Positions 59,226 to 64,000 of a stretch of 64,000 nucleotides of DNA are shown here, piece by piece. The notes under the pieces are model-generated. The model searched no databases. It was given only the letters and a program-made list of their open reading frames with translations, and had not been told where the DNA came from. Source of the DNA: Coniocarpon cinnabarinum. Its lineage: Eukaryota. The stretch lies in NCBI GenBank assembly GCA_051942205.1, contig JAVECO010000050.1, forward strand, positions 1 to 64,000, in the 5' to 3' direction. The stretch's first letter is position 1; each line of letters begins with the position of its first letter. The translations under genes and the position numbers were made by a program.

Positions 59226-62200
59226 TCACATGCCAGTACCGCTGCCGCTGCCCTGAGAGTGGTGGTGAGACGTTCCTGCATCCTTCGACAGCTTGTTAGG
59301 ATCGTCGCGGTGCAACAACTTGTTGAGCAGCCCTCCCTTCTTCTCCCCGCTGGCTGAGCTCGGGGACTCGCTGGCACCGCTATAGTCTGGCGCATTGCGC
59401 GTCCCAGCAGCCGGAGTATCGCCGACGTGGACAGGATCGTTCTCAAGTCGTGATCCAGACATCTTCGTTGCGGTCGGAGAACCGGCATAAGCCGAATCAG
59501 TGGCTGACATTGGTTCTTGGCCAGCAACGCCGCTGTAGCGAGGCTGATCAACACTATCGGTCACGGTTAGCATTCAGAGTTCGAAGAGCGAATTCATACA
59601 CATGCCATGACTCACCGAGGATCAAGCCCAGAAGACTGCGTAGAAGTGGGCACAGCAGAGTGTGTGCCAGAGGTGGGATGAGCAAGCTTCTCTCCGCCGT
59701 AAGCTGCACCGCCTGCGCCAGCAAGTCCAGCGTCGCGACCTGTCGAAGGATGGCCGTGAGCGTAAGTAGGATCGGAAGTTGCGTGAGTTTGTGAATGTGC
59801 GGGTGCACCAGTGCTTGCATACCGAGTACCGGTGGAGCCTGATGCTGTGTTTGGCATACCGCCATATCCTCCAGAAAGGGCGGCACTACCTGGCTGAGCA
59901 GATGCGTGGTGGCCCGACCCGCTTGGAAGTGGCGTGTGGTCCGTTCCACCGTATGAGGGTTGCTGAGACGTCGAACCCATCAAGTTTGATGAATTGCCGC
60001 CTGGCTGGCTGCCAGAGCCGTGATGACCAAGTTTCTCGGCTGCATAGCCTGCCCCTGCTGCTCCAGCACCTGCACCGGCGACCTCACGACCGTGGTGGCT
60101 GTCACCAGTGCTGCCATACCCGTGGCGTTGAGCAGCTGCCTGCGACCCTCCATAAGAAGGTAGGCCTTCGCCAGTCGTCGAGGACACCCGCCCGTCTCCA
60201 GGAGGGTACATGTTCCCCGATGAAGGGCTGACATAAGGCTGTTGACCATGTGTACCTAGAAAACATTTAGCTGCTATGAGCCTTCGAGAGCTGAGTGAAA
60301 GTGCCAAAGACTGGACTCACCTGTGCCTGGGATACTGCCTCGGTTTTCGTCGTGTCCGTGTCGCTGATGTTCGGCAGCAGCAAGGCCGGCAGCACCAGCG
60401 CCACCCCCAGCGATGGCGGCCTCCTCTTTATGGTGCTTCCCATCCTTCTTGGCCTCCTTTTCGTGCTTTTTCTCCTCTTTCAATTCTTTCTCATATTGCT
60501 TCTGCTCCTTCTTCAACTCCTTGTCATGTTGCTTGTCCACATCCTCATCGTGTTTCTGATCTACAGACTTCCTTCCGAGGAGTTTATCAACAAGGCCGGG
60601 TTTCTTCTCCTCGGAATCTCTATGATCATGCTTGTGGTCATGGTGGCCCTTGTCACGACGATGTTTCTCTTCCTCATAGCCCGCAGCGCCAAGTCCACCG
60701 GCACCTGCTACGGCAGCAGTGTCGCGACCTGCGTGGGAGACTCTCTCGGGGTAATTGGAAATCGATTCTTGAGCCTTTTGCGCCGCATTACCAGTCGGGT
60801 GCGAGCTGCTGGTTGATCCAGGTACAGCCGTGGGTGGGTGGTTACCCGGAACTGGAGCGTGACGGTCAACGGAGCTCGTCGGCTGTTGGCTCAGCCCGCT
60901 AGAGGTGCCCGCCGATGGATGATGATGCTTCTCATATTCATGAGCGCCCAGACCAGCAGCGCCAGCTCCGGCGCCCACTAACCCGGCGTCGCGACCGTAG
61001 TGATGGCCTGAGGGATCCGTGCCGGATGTTGGCGGATACGCGGACGCCGAACCCGGAGTGCGGGATGTCGGCTGAGTAGAGCTGTAAGCAGCTGGTGGCT
61101 CATGCTTGTATCCTAGAGGTGTCTGTCAGCATGTTAATCTCATGCCTTTCCTCAGTCAGAACTGACCCGCTGGCAGACCATGACCACCAGTCACTCCTCC
61201 CAATCCAGCACCTGTGTCACGTCCAGACAACTCATCGCTCCGCGAAGGATGCGCTGATGCGGACAGAGGCTGGTGTTGCGTACCGCCTGATGATGGATGA
61301 GGGCCAGAGTGGCGTGAAGCTTCGTATGCAGCTCCGCCGCCTAACCCTGCAGCGCCAGCGCCCACTGCAGCATCACGGCCAAGATGGCTCCCGCCGTGGG
61401 AGGTGGGACCAAGATTAGACGTTTTGTGTTGACCTGGTACTGTTGACGAGAGTGCTGGATCCTGTGAAGAAATGCCGGATGGCGTGCCACTGCCCAGGGT
61501 ATTGTACTTGTGTCCTGTCGGCTCACCAGCCCCACCTGAGACCATGGAATTGCCAGGTCCACGCGATCCCTGCGAAGCCTCGTGTGCTGCAAGACCACCC
61601 GCGCCAAGTGCGCCAGCTCCAAGAGCAGCATCGCGCCCAAGATGGCTGGACCCGTGAGTGCCACTCGGCGAGCTCGTGCTCTGGCCCGTTGATGATGACA
61701 TCGGATGGGCAGGATCGCTCGCAGCGATTCCTGACGGAGTGCCATCTGACAGTGTGTTGTACTTGTGTCCTAATATTTAATCGTTAGTAATGAATACGAT
61801 CCGCCTTTGAAGCCCTGATGCATCAGAGAAGAATGCGAGACTTTTAATCTTGCGGCTCACCGGAGTTTTCAGAAAGACAAACATGGGTAACACTTACCAG
61901 AAGGATGTCCCATGCCACCTGAAGTCGAGGTTGGAGCATTCTGTGAACCCGAGCCATGTCCAATGCCAGAGGTCATCGTGGGTGCATCCCTGGACGTCGT
62001 CGATGGTTCTGTGCCCGAAGTCATGGCTGGTCCACTTCCTGATCCTGACACTGGCCCGGTGCCGCTTGCACTACCCAGGGCCGGATCATTCGGACCTACA
62101 CCTCTTGACCCAGTACTGTGCCCTGTCCGATTTTTTTCGAATTCGTGGGCACCTGCCGCCCCCAATCCCGCGGCACCAGTGCCAAGGGCAGCGTCTCGAC

Positions 62201-63646
62201 CAAGGTGCGAAGAGGTTCCAGAAGGGTGGTTTGCACCTGACCCATAAGGTTCATGCGACCTCGAGGTGGGCATGCCCGTGGTGCCCGCAGCACCACTGGT
62301 CGGGTCGTGATGGTGATGGGTGCCCTGACGATATTCTTGCGCACTGTCAGGCACATGAGGATCCAGTCTGTTAGCCGTGGAGATCGAGTGAGGCCCTTCA
62401 CCAGCGTGACCGCCGAGTGGAAACGACCGCTCAGTGACTGTCCCACCTATATCTGCATGTGGAGCAGAGCGGTCAGGGAGACCGGAAGAGGTCCCAGTGG
62501 TAGATCCACCGTGGTGAGAACCAGTAAGGCCGTGAGGGGTGTGAGATGACGATGTATTGGCAGAATTTGAGACTGTCGAGTGGGAGGTTGCACCTGAAGT
62601 AGGGTTCAGCATCGAGCCAGTTCCTGGGCCGCTCGTCGTTGCTGTTGGATTTGGAAGACCGTGATGTCCGCCCGGTCCAGAATGACCGCTGTGTCGAGCA
62701 GCTTCGTACGCGGCAGCCCCCACCCCGGCGCCTGTCAGTGCATCCCTACCCTGGTGTGTAGACGTCCCAGACGTAGCGGCCTGGTGCCCGGGTTGCAGTG
62801 TTCGATTAGAGAATGCGGGATCTTGAAGACGACTCGCGCTTCCAGCTAGCATTGCGTTAGTTCGAGAGATCATAAAAGCTTTTTTGAATACGTACTCGTG
62901 CCCCCCACAGAAGAGGGAACGTGAGTCGATCCAGAACCAGCGGGATTGGACAATGTCGATGTCCCAGTTGGATGACTGGTGCCACTCGTTACTCCGGGTG
63001 CATTCCTGGTGAAATCGGATGGATGCGTCGACCCCATCGGCTCATTGGTCGCTGGATGAGTACCGATGGTGGAAGTTTGCGTGGTGGGATCAGCTGATCC
63101 ATATCCACGTCCACTATTTTAAATGTCAGCAACGAGTATACTTTGCTTCTCATCAGGCGATGATTGCCACCTACGACATCTCAGGCACAGTTGATGCGTG
63201 CTGGCCCACAGGAGCACCACTCGTAGTGCCCCCCAAAGTCTGACCGGATGGCTGCTGTGCGGCAGTCGTTGCTGCCGACTGCGCACCCAAATGTCGAGTG
63301 CTCTCTTCGCGAGGAGTCTCGAAGCCTCCGGGCATGTGGCTAGGGAGTGTCAGTCACGGTCAGAAATGGACATGTCCAATGGTGGAACCCACCCAGAGAT
63401 AGAGCTCGGATCGGCAGGTGTCTGAGAGACGCTGCTGCCGTGGCCGCTTAGATTGCCAGTGGCTGGGTTAGTGGAGCCTGGAGCCGCGGTGGTCGAGGTC
63501 GGGTTGGTTGTAGAGCCTTCCGTCCCATAAAGCTTTTGGTCGTCATCGTTATGACCAGGAGAGCTGGCACATGGTGTTAGCATGAAGACACTCGTCACCA
63601 AATCAGGCTTGTCATTTGCTTACATCATGTTCTTGAGCTTCTCCAT
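59226..63646 (-). CDS. Large Gly/Ser/Thr/His-rich hydrophilin, DPR (fungal dehydrin-like) type, ~9 exons
   Basis: ATG 63646 (MEKLKNM); eight GT..AG introns join ORFs 63350-63601, 61869-62873, 61156-61701, 60274-60978, 59612-60307 and 59226-59573. Repeats H(L/Y)GRDAA.GAGAAG and GHKYNTL..GTPSGI, plus GPHSISTANRLDPHV and spliced GLDPRV. Confidence 0.8.
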
Positions 63647-64000
63647 GGCGTGCGATTGGATGAAGACGGTGCCTGGCAGTAAGGACAGAGAACAGAAGAG
63701 GTAGACGGAGAGGTAGGAGTGGATGAGAAGGTAGGTAAGGGAGAGGAGGGGCTCGGAATGGAAACAGAGGAAGAAAGAGCAAAGAGCTGCTGATGAGGGG
63801 AGGATATTAAAGGGAAGCTGGAAGGCAGAGCAGACCAATGTTGGAAGTTGGAGGAGAGGCGAGGCCGTTGGCAAGCGCGTTTGCAGTGGGGACGAGCGTG
63901 ACGAGCTTGGCCTGCTTCAGTGCCTGGCTTTGCACCCTCGAGCCCTTTACGGTGAGGGCGAGGAGTAGCACGTGGCGGTCAGCAGACGCCGATCGAGGCT

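Noticed and set aside
63120..63170. Hammerhead core (CTGATGAG...CTC) in an intron on the minus strand
   Set aside because: The stem is followed by GTT rather than the required GAAA.

Overview
This is eukaryotic DNA from a filamentous ascomycete (Pezizomycotina), judged from the short GT..AG introns with CTRAC branch points and a RIP-type mutation signature. The exact taxon cannot be called. Positions 1-2934 are an AT-rich, RIP-destroyed repeat block: the 3' half of a chromodomain-bearing Ty3/Gypsy element (integrase, chromodomain, PPT, 186-bp LTR) abutting a Tc1-type (DD34E) DNA transposon relic. The rest is gene-dense euchromatin with about 21 protein genes. Recognisable ones are an EBP-like protein, mitochondrial uS9, eEF1B-gamma with an intronic snR38-type C/D snoRNA, class II cAMP PDE, calcineurin B, DUF1770, an ELO elongase, a Mid2-like sensor, tRNase Z, a PPR protein, importin beta, a GAT protein, PSD1, PAN3, a Bet v1-like protein and a large DPR/dehydrin-like hydrophilin; several others are unknowns. 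There is also an intron-containing tRNA-Thr(TGT) and a ~750-bp pentamer satellite. I found no clear multi-gene novel system. The best leads are: (i) an AUG-less, mitochondrial-presequence-like extension of tRNase Z preceded in frame by ATG-3 codons-TAG; (ii) an unknown nuclear protein with a PARP-type zinc-finger-like motif; (iii) an apparently non-coding minus-strand transcription unit with clustered splice-donor motifs at ~4.4-5.5 kb; (iv) a tRNA-Thr with a mispaired acceptor-stem end. All exon models were read by eye and no database searches were run.
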